DNA of 59,681 bases from a virus (taxonomy: Duplodnaviria > Caudoviricetes): the IMG/VR virus record IMGVR_UViG_3300040816_000388, positions 1 to 59,681 of that record. The stretch is one strand, 5' to 3'. The notes under the pieces were generated by a model that worked only from the letters and a program-made list of their open reading frames with translations, ran no database searches and had not been told where the DNA came from. Every line of letters begins with the position of its first letter. The stretch's first letter is position 1. Positions 49,224-58,288 of the stretch are shown here, in pieces. The translations under genes were made by a program, and so were the position numbers.

Positions 49224-49232
49224 TATTTATCA
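49224..49232 (-). promoter_or_regulatory. Late promoter TGATAAATA
   Basis: Within a 21-nt block identical to 49684..49704. Confidence 0.7.
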
Positions 49233-49241
49233 AAAATCCAC

Positions 49242-49267
49242 AAAAAAAGGGAGCCTAAACTCCCTTT
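49242..49267 (-). terminator. Rho-independent terminator
   Basis: AAAGGGAG-TTTAGG-CTCCC followed by T7 on the minus strand. Confidence 0.8.
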
Positions 49268-49289
49268 AAATTTGTTTTAATGCTATATC

Positions 49290-49658
49290 TTATAGATCAA
49301 AAGCCGCAACTGTTACTGCTGACCATGTTACGCCATCAGCATCAGTAAGAGCTTGTACAACGTCTTCTAAGTGAGCCGCTAAAGTTTCACTGTTTGTTCC
49401 GTCATATGTATCTGTACCGTGTTCGCCTTCAAATAAAACTTTAAGACCTTGTCCTGTTCCACCTGTTGCGTCTACTGTACCGATTGCTAAAGGTGTTAAA
49501 CCTTCATTTGCTACTGCTTTCATAAAGATGTCTAATGCACCGCCGACTGCTGTCTTGGCTGATACGTCAACACCGAAATCTACCTGGATACCTGCTAGTA
49601 CTTTACCACCTAAGTGACCTGCACTAACAACTGCACCTGTATTTTGTGATTGTGCCAT
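49290..49658 (-). CDS. Small A/G/T-rich putative structural protein
   Basis: 122 aa; GGAG SD; own promoter (49692..49700) and terminator. Confidence 0.55.
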   Translation of the reverse strand: MAQSQNTGAVVSAGHLGGKVLAGIQVDFGVDVSAKTAVGGALDIFMKAVANEGLTPLAIGTVDATGGTGQGLKVLFEGEHGTDTYDGTNSETLAAHLEDVVQALTDADGVTWSAVTVAAFDL

Positions 49659-49710
49659 TTTAATTCTCCAATGAATTTATTAAGTTACTTTTATTTATCA
49701 AAAAAATGAT

Positions 49711-50205
49711 TTATTTAGGTGTTCTAGCACGATACTTTTTACCAATATCCATTAAACCTTGCAATTTTCCGGATAATCTATCGCCTAGTGTTTTACCTGT
49801 TGACAAAGATTTAGCCATTGTTGATGTATCTACATCTTGGAAAGGATTGGCCGGTCCGCCTTTGTATGCATTCTTATTACCTGCTTGACCACCTCGTTTT
49901 CTTTTTGGTTCTGCTTCTATCTCATCTCTACCGTATGTCATTTTGGTATTTGTCTTTTGATCTCTTGATTGTTTTTTGTCTTGATTTTTTCGCTTTTTAG
50001 CAGAATATTCTTCAGCGGCATTGGATATTGCATCCATTGGGCTCATTCCGCCGGCGCCAAATATTGCTTTTGCTCTAGCAACAATATAACTTCTAGCATC
50101 TGAACTATAATATGGACCTGATGTTTTAATCCACAACTGCATAGCACTATCGAAACGTTTAATTTCTTCGCCATCAGCCTCTACTATAATATCTTTAATA
50201 AGCAT
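49711..50205 (-). CDS. Basic putative internal protein
   Basis: Leader MLIKDIIVEA; RGGQAGNKNA; GATAAATA 5 nt upstream. Confidence 0.55.
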   Translation of the reverse strand: MLIKDIIVEADGEEIKRFDSAMQLWIKTSGPYYSSDARSYIVARAKAIFGAGGMSPMDAISNAAEEYSAKKRKNQDKKQSRDQKTNTKMTYGRDEIEAEPKRKRGGQAGNKNAYKGGPANPFQDVDTSTMAKSLSTGKTLGDRLSGKLQGLMDIGKKYRARTPK

Positions 50206-50250
50206 ATCTGTATTTATCTAAATGCATTTAAAAAAAGACTGATCAATAAA

Positions 50251-51018
50251 TTATACTTTTTTTCTGCCACTTGCCCAATACCCTGCTATTGCACCAATAC
50301 CTGCTCCAGTCTTACCGCCTAATTTATTTTTGGTAAGTTTAGGTATTGCTTTACTTCCAACGTAGGCTCCAACTGCTGTAGCCGCCGCTCGTTTTAATGT
50401 ATTTGATTTTTGAGGTACTGGTTTTAACTCGCGTCTAAGTTGCATTGAACTAGCATGTCTAAATACTTCACTTCCTGTTCCTTTAACTCTTAATTGCTGG
50501 ACCATTTTACTAATAACTGCCTGACGTTGAGAAAATTTTAATTGTGGCCATTGACAAATTAAACGTCTCATTTGTTTGTAAATAGGATTACTAATTTTTA
50601 ATTGTGATTCTAATCTAAATAAAAATGTTGTAGCATCACTAATTGATACATTGTCTTTTGATAGTCTTGTAATAAATTGATAGTATTTTCTATTTTGAAA
50701 AGATAGTGTTTTTAAAAACTTTCTATCTGCATTTTTAATTTTAATCTGTGGATAATCTGATTGGTTTACAGCAAAAGCCAACATATATAAATCTGTTGCC
50801 GCTGTTCTAAACACTGCAAAAGGTCCGTATTGTATTGTTTTATATGCGTATGCTAACCCATAATCACGTTGCTTACTGTCTTGTGTAAACATAAATGTTG
50901 CTAACGTTTGCAAGTAAAATAAGTCTGCAATTTCTCTGCCAGACAATCGTGAAAAACTTCCTGTAAATCTAAACAATTTACTTTCGGCGAGTTCTTGATT
51001 TATAAGTTGTAGTTCCAT
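50251..51018 (-). CDS. Putative virion protein with C-terminal glycine-zipper
   Basis: MELQLINQELAESKLFR; GAGIGAIAGYW; start moved to 51018. Confidence 0.55.
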   Translation of the reverse strand: MELQLINQELAESKLFRFTGSFSRLSGREIADLFYLQTLATFMFTQDSKQRDYGLAYAYKTIQYGPFAVFRTAATDLYMLAFAVNQSDYPQIKIKNADRKFLKTLSFQNRKYYQFITRLSKDNVSISDATTFLFRLESQLKISNPIYKQMRRLICQWPQLKFSQRQAVISKMVQQLRVKGTGSEVFRHASSMQLRRELKPVPQKSNTLKRAAATAVGAYVGSKAIPKLTKNKLGGKTGAGIGAIAGYWASGRKKV

Positions 51019-51019
51019 T

Positions 51020-52315
51020 CTATGAACCTGGTTTGCCTGAACCAAAATTTAGTTTACTGAATTCTAATCTATCTACTAATTTTAATGCGTTGCCTAATCT
51101 ATCTACAGCAACAAATCCTTCTTCACCAGTTATCTCATAACCTTTTTCTGTTTGTTTAAATGTTGGCATTTGTCTTATCTGCTCTAGTTTTCTAACAATA
51201 ATAATTTTTGCTTCTATGAGTTTTAAGTACAAATCATATACTGCAATAATACTCTGTAAATTTTCTTTAATAAATTTTACACCTTGTACCATTGTTTGTG
51301 TTTTAGCATCAATAGTTTTTTGTTGTTTAACTTTATCTATCTCTTTTGTCCAATAATTTACAAATTTTGTGATAAAGTCTTGTGCAAATTTAGTAGGTTC
51401 ATCAAAGTGTCCTTGACGTACTTGATTATTTGCATGAGCTTTTAACTGTTCTAAAAATGTTTTACCAACTAAGTCAGTTCCTTTTTGCAACCAACTAAAA
51501 GTATTTGCATCAATACTTTTTAAATAATTGTCTGCTTCTTGTATAGCACTAAGCATTTTATGACCTTCAGCATCACTTAGGGTTACTGTACCACTTAAAT
51601 CTTTAATGGTTGCATCTCTTTGCCATACACCAGCATTTGCCCCATTACCTAACACACTAGCATCAAAACCAAATTTTGCTTGAGTATCTGCTAGTGTTGG
51701 ACCACCTACATATTCTGTGTGCCATACAATACCAAATCCAGCACTTAATATTTCTTTTGCTAGATCACTATCTTTAGGTATAGCATAAACAATAGTATTT
51801 GGTTTGAAAACTATATATTGCTCACCGTCAATAACTTCTTCTTTTATATCTTCTGATCCGGCAAAAAGCATATCACCTTGTGCAACTGTGTCCCAATTTA
51901 ATCTGCTTAAATATTTCAATGCAAGTTTAAGTTTATCTCTCAAACCACTGGCATCTTTTTCGCCTTGATCGGCATGATATTTTTCTATATCCGAATTTGT
52001 AAAATTCATTTTAGGCTTTTTAGCAAAAACACCTTTGGTTCCTACAAAGAATTTTCCAGTTTGTGGGTCTTTACCTGCTACAATGGCTGGTGCTCCATCC
52101 CATTTAGTTGTCATTGATACTGGAGTTTTTGTATTACCTTCTAGCATTTGATGTAAACTGTATAGATAGTCTACTGCTTCTTTGGCACCTTCATGTCCTT
52201 TATTAAAGATATTATCTTCTAAATGTTCTAAGTGAGTATTTTTACCATCTGCTTCAAGTAAAGATTCTGTGAGGATTGTTGTTACTAGAGGTTTAGAAAT
52301 TTCTAAAAATTTCAT
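51020..52315 (-). CDS. ATP-dependent ligase-like nucleotidyltransferase (DUF6267-like)
   Basis: KNTHLEHLED, TKWDGAPA (KxDG), QGD, FKPNTI, EGFVAVD, LKLVDRLEFS. Confidence 0.7.
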   Translation of the reverse strand: MKFLEISKPLVTTILTESLLEADGKNTHLEHLEDNIFNKGHEGAKEAVDYLYSLHQMLEGNTKTPVSMTTKWDGAPAIVAGKDPQTGKFFVGTKGVFAKKPKMNFTNSDIEKYHADQGEKDASGLRDKLKLALKYLSRLNWDTVAQGDMLFAGSEDIKEEVIDGEQYIVFKPNTIVYAIPKDSDLAKEILSAGFGIVWHTEYVGGPTLADTQAKFGFDASVLGNGANAGVWQRDATIKDLSGTVTLSDAEGHKMLSAIQEADNYLKSIDANTFSWLQKGTDLVGKTFLEQLKAHANNQVRQGHFDEPTKFAQDFITKFVNYWTKEIDKVKQQKTIDAKTQTMVQGVKFIKENLQSIIAVYDLYLKLIEAKIIIVRKLEQIRQMPTFKQTEKGYEITGEEGFVAVDRLGNALKLVDRLEFSKLNFGSGKPGS

Positions 52316-52316
52316 A

Positions 52317-53222
52317 CTAAACTCCTGCTAATATTTTTGTTTCAAATAAATCTAAATCTTTTTGAGGAATTAAAACAACATCTGATTGTGATTCTGATAA
52401 TAAAACTTTATAACCTAATTGTTCCCATGTAATACCAGCATATTCTAATACACGATTTACATGTTCATATGATTCTCTGCTCATATTTCTTGCTACTTTA
52501 ACAAGTTCTTGGTAAGCAGGACTTGTTTTATCCATTTGTGTTCTCTTTAACATGGCAGGCAATGTTGCGGCATAGTTGCTAATATCAATATTTTGAGATT
52601 TCATCCTGGATAATTCATCCACAAATTTTTGTGCGGCTTGTTCATTACCACCTATAACTTGTTTTTGTAAATATCCCAAATCTGTTTTTGCAATATTTGG
52701 TACTGCTTTCTTATCAGGTGCTACTGGATCAAGTTTAGGTTTACTTCTAATCAAGTTACCTAAGCCTCTTCCTATTCCTGCACCTGCAACTGCACCCATT
52801 CTTTTACCTAAGTTTGCATCAGGATCTGCTAACGTTTTTGTTGCAAGTTGCCCACCCATTGCTTTTGTCAATCTGTCTTTCATTTTAGACATAAAGCCTT
52901 GTGGTTGCTTGCCTTTGTTTTGATAGATTTTGTTTAATTCTTTTGCTTGAGCAGATGTCGGGGAGATTGGTTGTGTCCCAGGTACTGGATTACCTTTTTT
53001 ATCTACTTCTTGCCAACCCTGTGCAGAATTATTGAATTGTCTACCATCTGGCAGTTTAACTGATGCTGATTGATAATCTCTAGTGGCCGCTTTTTGTCTA
53101 GCCTGTTGAGAATATTTTCCGTCTGCTGTTGCACCTTGTTGAAAGTTTCTTTTTTGTTTGTTTTTTAAAAACTGTTGTTTAGCCCTACTTTGAGGTGCTT
53201 CGAAAATATCACTTAATTTCAT
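52317..53222 (-). CDS. Basic putative internal protein
   Basis: Leader MKLSDIFEA; C-terminal KILAGV. Confidence 0.55.
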   Translation of the reverse strand: MKLSDIFEAPQSRAKQQFLKNKQKRNFQQGATADGKYSQQARQKAATRDYQSASVKLPDGRQFNNSAQGWQEVDKKGNPVPGTQPISPTSAQAKELNKIYQNKGKQPQGFMSKMKDRLTKAMGGQLATKTLADPDANLGKRMGAVAGAGIGRGLGNLIRSKPKLDPVAPDKKAVPNIAKTDLGYLQKQVIGGNEQAAQKFVDELSRMKSQNIDISNYAATLPAMLKRTQMDKTSPAYQELVKVARNMSRESYEHVNRVLEYAGITWEQLGYKVLLSESQSDVVLIPQKDLDLFETKILAGV

Positions 53223-53469
53223 CGGTGCTCTCTTTAACTATTTTCTTGATACCTCGTGAAAATTTCTTAAAGTCACCGCTCTTAAGACTGTTGATAAGTC
53301 TTCTTTCTAAATCTAATGCTACATCATCTTCATACAATTCATATAATGTTTTTTTAATATTTTCTGCACTAGATACTAAATGCTCAACTCTATTCTCAAG
53401 AACATGGTGTTTACTCCTATCAATGCTGATGGAGTTTAATTCTTCTAATATACTTCTTGTTTTTTTCAC
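53209..53469 (-). CDS. Conserved phage hypothetical protein
   Basis: KKTRSILEELNSI..LERRLINSLKSGD..KFSRGI; late promoter 53491..53499. Confidence 0.6.
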   Translation of the reverse strand: MKKTRSILEELNSISIDRSKHHVLENRVEHLVSSAENIKKTLYELYEDDVALDLERRLINSLKSGDFKKFSRGIKKIVKESTDEIK

Positions 53470-53499
53470 TTTAGTATTCCCTAATACACATATTTATCA

Positions 53500-54879
53500 T
53501 TATATGTCATTTTTCTTAATAAACTCTCTGATGTTTAATGCCTGGTTTACTGTACTTTGTGCTTTTTCCTCGTCTGCCGCCATTGTATTAGTACGTCTTA
53601 CTGTTTCTAATACAGAAGAAGTAGTGAGTGTCATTGCATCTTCATCATCTTCATCTAAATCACTTACTCTAAGTGTATCTGGACAAAACTTCAAGTCTAC
53701 TTTACTACCAACACCACTACTAGAACGTGTTTTCATAAACTGTATTTGATATCTACCACGTTCTCTCATAGCATTACTTGTAAAAATACCCACAACATTA
53801 TCTGCTGTTTGTATTTTACTGATACCACCTGCAATATGATGGTGGTCAAACTCTATTTCTTCTACTGCACCTCTGTTTAACTGAGATGCTGTTACCATTA
53901 AGATACCTTTTTCTACTGCTAAGTTACGCAATTCCTCAGATACATACTTGTCTTTAATAAACAAATCACCCGGACTTACTCTAGCACTAATAGGCATCAT
54001 CAAATCTAAATAGTCAACCAGTAAGCAATCCACTTTTACATCAGTGTTTATTTCATATTCTCTAACAAATGCCCTAATATCGTTTGTTGTAACACCATTA
54101 CTCATTTGTTTTACTCTAAACTTACCAGCACTCTTAGACTTCATCTTAACTTTTAAGTGTACATCATCCATATTACGCATAATTTCTTTAGTGCCATATT
54201 CACTAACCATTGCATCTAGACGCATACTAATAAGTTGTTCACTTAACTCTAAACTAATATAAACAACGTTAAGTCCTGCTAATGCCCAATTGACACCTAA
54301 GTTCTGTAAGAACAAACTTTTACCTGCGCCTGAGCCTCCTGCGAATATTGTGATTTCTCCTCTGTTCAGACCACCGTAAAGTTTCTGATCGAACATTTTC
54401 CACCCTGTTGGTGTTGCTCCTGCTTGGTCTTTTATCCACTGTAATCTCTCTTTTGGATTGTCAAAGTAATCTAGTCCTAAATCTTTTACAAGCCCTACTT
54501 GACTTGCGTCTTTAATTTTAGTTTCTACGGCACCGTAATCACCTTTTTCTAAATCATCTGTGCTATCAAGTATTGCTTTTTCCAATGCTTTGTGTCTACA
54601 AAAAGTTTCTAGGCTATCTAAAAACCATTCAATATGATTATCGGTAATGTTTTCTACACGTTCTAAGTCTACATTAGTTGTTGCACTGATTTGATCAATA
54701 GTAGGTATACTATTATATTCTGTTGTGTGATCTTTTAAGAACTTCACTGCATCTTGAAACTTCTTATTAAACATGTAAGGTTCAACAATATTGTTTACCC
54801 TCACAAAAAGTTCAGGATCGCTTACTAAAAAACGTAAAAATAGTTCTTGTACTTCTTCTGTGTATTCTTGTCTATCCAT
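53500..54879 (-). CDS. Replicative helicase (DnaB / T4 gp41-like)
   Basis: GGSGAGKS Walker A, ISLEL, LVDYLDL, ASQLNR, MKTRSS. Confidence 0.92.
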   Translation of the reverse strand: MDRQEYTEEVQELFLRFLVSDPELFVRVNNIVEPYMFNKKFQDAVKFLKDHTTEYNSIPTIDQISATTNVDLERVENITDNHIEWFLDSLETFCRHKALEKAILDSTDDLEKGDYGAVETKIKDASQVGLVKDLGLDYFDNPKERLQWIKDQAGATPTGWKMFDQKLYGGLNRGEITIFAGGSGAGKSLFLQNLGVNWALAGLNVVYISLELSEQLISMRLDAMVSEYGTKEIMRNMDDVHLKVKMKSKSAGKFRVKQMSNGVTTNDIRAFVREYEINTDVKVDCLLVDYLDLMMPISARVSPGDLFIKDKYVSEELRNLAVEKGILMVTASQLNRGAVEEIEFDHHHIAGGISKIQTADNVVGIFTSNAMRERGRYQIQFMKTRSSSGVGSKVDLKFCPDTLRVSDLDEDDEDAMTLTTSSVLETVRRTNTMAADEEKAQSTVNQALNIREFIKKNDI

Positions 54880-55594
54880 ATATCTTACCTATTTGTTGCC
54901 AAAAGGATTGTGCTAATAATTTATGACCTTTTTCATTAGGATGTGTGTCATCTTGGCTAATTATATATTCCAAATTGTTGTTTAACATATTTGCAATTGA
55001 TAGTTTTGTCCAGTTATTTTTATTTACTGCACTTTCTAAAATATGTATAATTGGTTGTTTTTGCGGACTATACATATGAGTAAACATATTACCTGCTATA
55101 TGACTATCTGGACCCATACTAGTAAACAAATATTTAATGTTATGTTGTTCAAAGTAGTTTTGTAATATCAGTATGTTCTTCAAAGTACTTAGTCTGTAAT
55201 CAGTGATAGATTGCAAGTACATCATATCTTCAGTTGCCGCATTAGAAATATGTACTAAATCTTTATCACGTGTTGTTGAACCTTTTTCAACAATAATATT
55301 CATTGATAAGTCTTCTGCAGAATTGTTATTTAAAACTGTAGTACCACCAATCCATTCTTTTAAGTTTGCATTATAATATTCCTTGCGGAACAAACTAGTC
55401 CATTGTATTACCGCCATGTAATTGCTCATGTCATTTTTACTGCAAAAATCTAGAGTAGTTCTCACTATCCTGTCATTACTACCTCCGGCCATTGATAAAT
55501 TATGTACTTCTACAAACATGCCATTTTCTACTAGTTGCTGTGGCCATGTATTATCACCGTCAGTAAAACTACAACCATTTGCTAATAACTTCAT
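54872..55594 (-). CDS. SGNH-like hydrolase/acyltransferase
   Basis: ANGCSFT, GGSNDRI, IQWT, DTHPNEKGH. Confidence 0.7.
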   Translation of the reverse strand: MKLLANGCSFTDGDNTWPQQLVENGMFVEVHNLSMAGGSNDRIVRTTLDFCSKNDMSNYMAVIQWTSLFRKEYYNANLKEWIGGTTVLNNNSAEDLSMNIIVEKGSTTRDKDLVHISNAATEDMMYLQSITDYRLSTLKNILILQNYFEQHNIKYLFTSMGPDSHIAGNMFTHMYSPQKQPIIHILESAVNKNNWTKLSIANMLNNNLEYIISQDDTHPNEKGHKLLAQSFWQQIGKIYG

Positions 55595-56391
55595 ATGTAG
55601 TTCCTCTTAGACAGTTCACTTACTATTGCTTCACTTATTAGTCTATGACCCTCTTGGTTAGGATGGTGATCATTTTCACTGACGTAATTAGCACCCATAT
55701 ATCCTGTAAAAGGCTGTGCTGTCCAACTAGATTTATCTAAAATATTTTTTAAATCTATTTCTAATTTTGAAGGCGGTGTTTCTATAATGTCAATACTCAT
55801 ATAATCTTGGGCATTTACAATATGATTGTAAAAAGACATTGATGTAAATAAAAATGGAATATTATTGCTTTTAAAATATTGCTCTAACACATATACATTT
55901 TTATAAAATTGTATTTGATAATCATTGAGAGATTTTAAAAACATAAGTTGTTGCTGTGAAGCATTTGATATTTTACTGTATGCTTTATGATTTCTAAATT
56001 TTTCTAATGCTAATCCATCGTCCATGTGTATGTTTACTGTTAGGTCTTCATCTTTAATACCTCTAGACAAAGATGAATGTATAGATGTAGTTGTATTGTT
56101 GCATATTCCTAACCATGTTTTAAATAGTTCGTTGTATACTTCAAATCTTATTGGCGATGTCCATTGAATAATAGCAATGGTGTCTACTGGACCTTTACTA
56201 AAATATTCCATTGTTGTTCTAAGTATTCTATCATTACTGCCACCAGCAAGAGCATAGTTTGTAACTTTATCAAACTTATCTGCTATCTGATTTGACCAAA
56301 CATAATCAAGTGGAGGCGTAAGATTTCCTTGCTCGTCATGTACTTCACCATGCCCAGCACTAAAACTACAGCCGTTTACAAATAAATTCAT
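55591..56391 (-). CDS. SGNH-like hydrolase/acyltransferase
   Basis: VNGCSFS, GGSNDRI, IQWT, DHHPNQEGH. Confidence 0.7.
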   Translation of the reverse strand: MNLFVNGCSFSAGHGEVHDEQGNLTPPLDYVWSNQIADKFDKVTNYALAGGSNDRILRTTMEYFSKGPVDTIAIIQWTSPIRFEVYNELFKTWLGICNNTTTSIHSSLSRGIKDEDLTVNIHMDDGLALEKFRNHKAYSKISNASQQQLMFLKSLNDYQIQFYKNVYVLEQYFKSNNIPFLFTSMSFYNHIVNAQDYMSIDIIETPPSKLEIDLKNILDKSSWTAQPFTGYMGANYVSENDHHPNQEGHRLISEAIVSELSKRNYI

Positions 56392-57368
56392 AACATTTTT
56401 GCCTGTACTTGAATTTTAATTTTATTATCTGTTGCATTATCAACAATACTCTTTACTGTAAGTAATCTACCATACATATCAACAGCATCAGCGGCATCTT
56501 TAATACTAGGTGCCCAACTTGGGAAACTAACTTCCCAACCCAGTTCAACTGCTTGATCAATAAGTTCTTTACCAGCACTATCTCTGTCAGGACAAAGTAT
56601 AACACGTTTGTTTAGTTTGTCAATTAAATGTGCTTGTTCACTAGTAACACCATTACCTAGCACACTAATACCATCGACAAGGATTGCATCAAACACACCT
56701 TCAGTTACTATTACAAAATCTCTATTGCTTTGCACAAATTGATCAAGGTTAAATACATAACCACTTTGCATGTTAAGTAAATATTTAGGGGTTTCCTTGT
56801 CCGGTGGATTTACATGTCTACCAGTCCAGCCTACTAATTGATTATTGTACATAAAAGGCACAACTAATCTTGAATTGTAAAGTTTGTTATCAATAAACAA
56901 TAATGGATAGTTTCCTAACAATCCTCGTTCAATAGCATATTGTTTTACCTTATGTGTATCATCTAAATTTTCTACTAGTTGTACTGTGTCTGGTAAAGAC
57001 ACTATATCAAAATTAGATGCACTATAAACATAACTGTCAATGTTTTCATCTATGTCTAATTCATCACCATGCTTCATTAAAGCCAATACAACTTCATGTA
57101 TATCTTTAGTTGATGCACCTAATGTTTCACATAACTTTTTGTACTTGCCTCCAAGTCTTGGACTTGGGCTCCAGCCTGTTGTGAAATTACAATTAAAACA
57201 ATGAAAACTTACTTTGCTATTGTTTTGTATTACACCACCACGTTTACGTTTATCACTACACATAGGGCAATTAAACGTAACCCAACCACTGGGCGTTTTG
57301 CCAGAGTTCAACGGAATTCTATCTAATAGAAGTCTATGTACTAATTCTACAAGGTCGTGATGATGCAT
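56388..57368 (-). CDS. DNA primase (Zn finger + TOPRIM)
   Basis: CPMC..HCFNC; TEGVFDA; PDRDSAG; KDAAD. Confidence 0.88.
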   Translation of the reverse strand: MHHHDLVELVHRLLLDRIPLNSGKTPSGWVTFNCPMCSDKRKRGGVIQNNSKVSFHCFNCNFTTGWSPSPRLGGKYKKLCETLGASTKDIHEVVLALMKHGDELDIDENIDSYVYSASNFDIVSLPDTVQLVENLDDTHKVKQYAIERGLLGNYPLLFIDNKLYNSRLVVPFMYNNQLVGWTGRHVNPPDKETPKYLLNMQSGYVFNLDQFVQSNRDFVIVTEGVFDAILVDGISVLGNGVTSEQAHLIDKLNKRVILCPDRDSAGKELIDQAVELGWEVSFPSWAPSIKDAADAVDMYGRLLTVKSIVDNATDNKIKIQVQAKML

Positions 57369-57374
57369 AGTAGT

Positions 57375-57402
57375 ATTATAGCATCTTTACTGTAAAAGTC
57401 AA
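57375..57402 (-). promoter_or_regulatory. Sigma70-type promoter TTGACT-16-TATAAT (extended -10), ATG 6 nt downstream
   Basis: Near-consensus upstream of primase. Confidence 0.65.
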
Positions 57403-58233
57403 CTAGTTTCTAAGTAAAACTTTGTTGATTGTTCCGGCTGTTGGTTCTGCTTTTATTCTGATCCAATTAGTGTTTACAGTAAAGTTAAACGGGTCAACTC
57501 CATTGTATGCATCTGTGTACGGTACAAATGGTTGTCCGGCATCACCTTGAACATTTATATTGTACCAATCTGATTCTTGTGTAGGTGCTGTTTCTAATGC
57601 ACTACCTTGAACAAAAACGTTGCCAACAAAATTAGTTAAATAAAGTGCTAATGTATGCCTACTATGTTGATAATTGCTATCTTGATTTCCATACATTGCT
57701 GAACTAACAAATACATTAGAAGCATCACCTTGATCAGTGTTGCCTGTTTGAGTAAATGTTTTTTCTTGAGTGGGGATTGGTTCATATTCCAAACTACTCA
57801 AAACTTCCAAGTCAGTAATTATCCTATCGTTTTGATTTGCATATAAAGGATATTCTGTTACACCATCTGAGCTCTCACTAATAGCAATTTGGTATAAGCC
57901 TTTATTTAGATTCTTAAGATCACCAATTACTAAATCCAGTGTTGCTTCTCCGCTACTGCCACCACTAACCAAAGTAAGTTGCTTATGCAATACTCTACGT
58001 TTTGTATTAGGGTTTATGACACTTGCATACAATGTTTTACCACTAAGGCTTTGTAATACTCTATCTCTATTTCTTACAAAGAAACTTAATGTGTTATTAA
58101 ATCCTTTATGTACTACTAATTTTTTCTGATTCATAGGTCTATTATCCACTTTTATGCCTTCACTGGTAAGTACCAAATCAATATTTTGCATATCATTTAG
58201 TATATATAATGTGTGACTACTTGCGTGAGACAT
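57403..58233 (-). CDS. Putative structural protein (BppU-like N-terminus)
   Basis: VHKGFNNTLSFFVRNRD, GLYQIAI, beta-rich; late promoter 58258..58265. Confidence 0.5.
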   Translation of the reverse strand: MSHASSHTLYILNDMQNIDLVLTSEGIKVDNRPMNQKKLVVHKGFNNTLSFFVRNRDRVLQSLSGKTLYASVINPNTKRRVLHKQLTLVSGGSSGEATLDLVIGDLKNLNKGLYQIAISESSDGVTEYPLYANQNDRIITDLEVLSSLEYEPIPTQEKTFTQTGNTDQGDASNVFVSSAMYGNQDSNYQHSRHTLALYLTNFVGNVFVQGSALETAPTQESDWYNINVQGDAGQPFVPYTDAYNGVDPFNFTVNTNWIRIKAEPTAGTINKVLLRN

Positions 58234-58257
58234 AATTTTTTATCCATTCATTTATTG

Positions 58258-58282
58258 TATTTATCTAGAATCCGTATAAATA
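58258..58282. promoter_or_regulatory. Back-to-back late promoters (GATAAATA on -, TATAAATA on +)
   Basis: Both motifs lie in a 55-nt divergent intergenic gap. Confidence 0.65.
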
Positions 58283-58288
58283 TCTACG

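Noticed and set aside
362-55610. Numerous 60-160 aa ORFs antisense to or nested in long genes (e.g. 362..670, 32056..32547, 47288..47719, 53195..53749)
   Set aside because: They overlap well-supported CDSs on the other strand and have the S/L/F/I-rich composition typical of shadow frames
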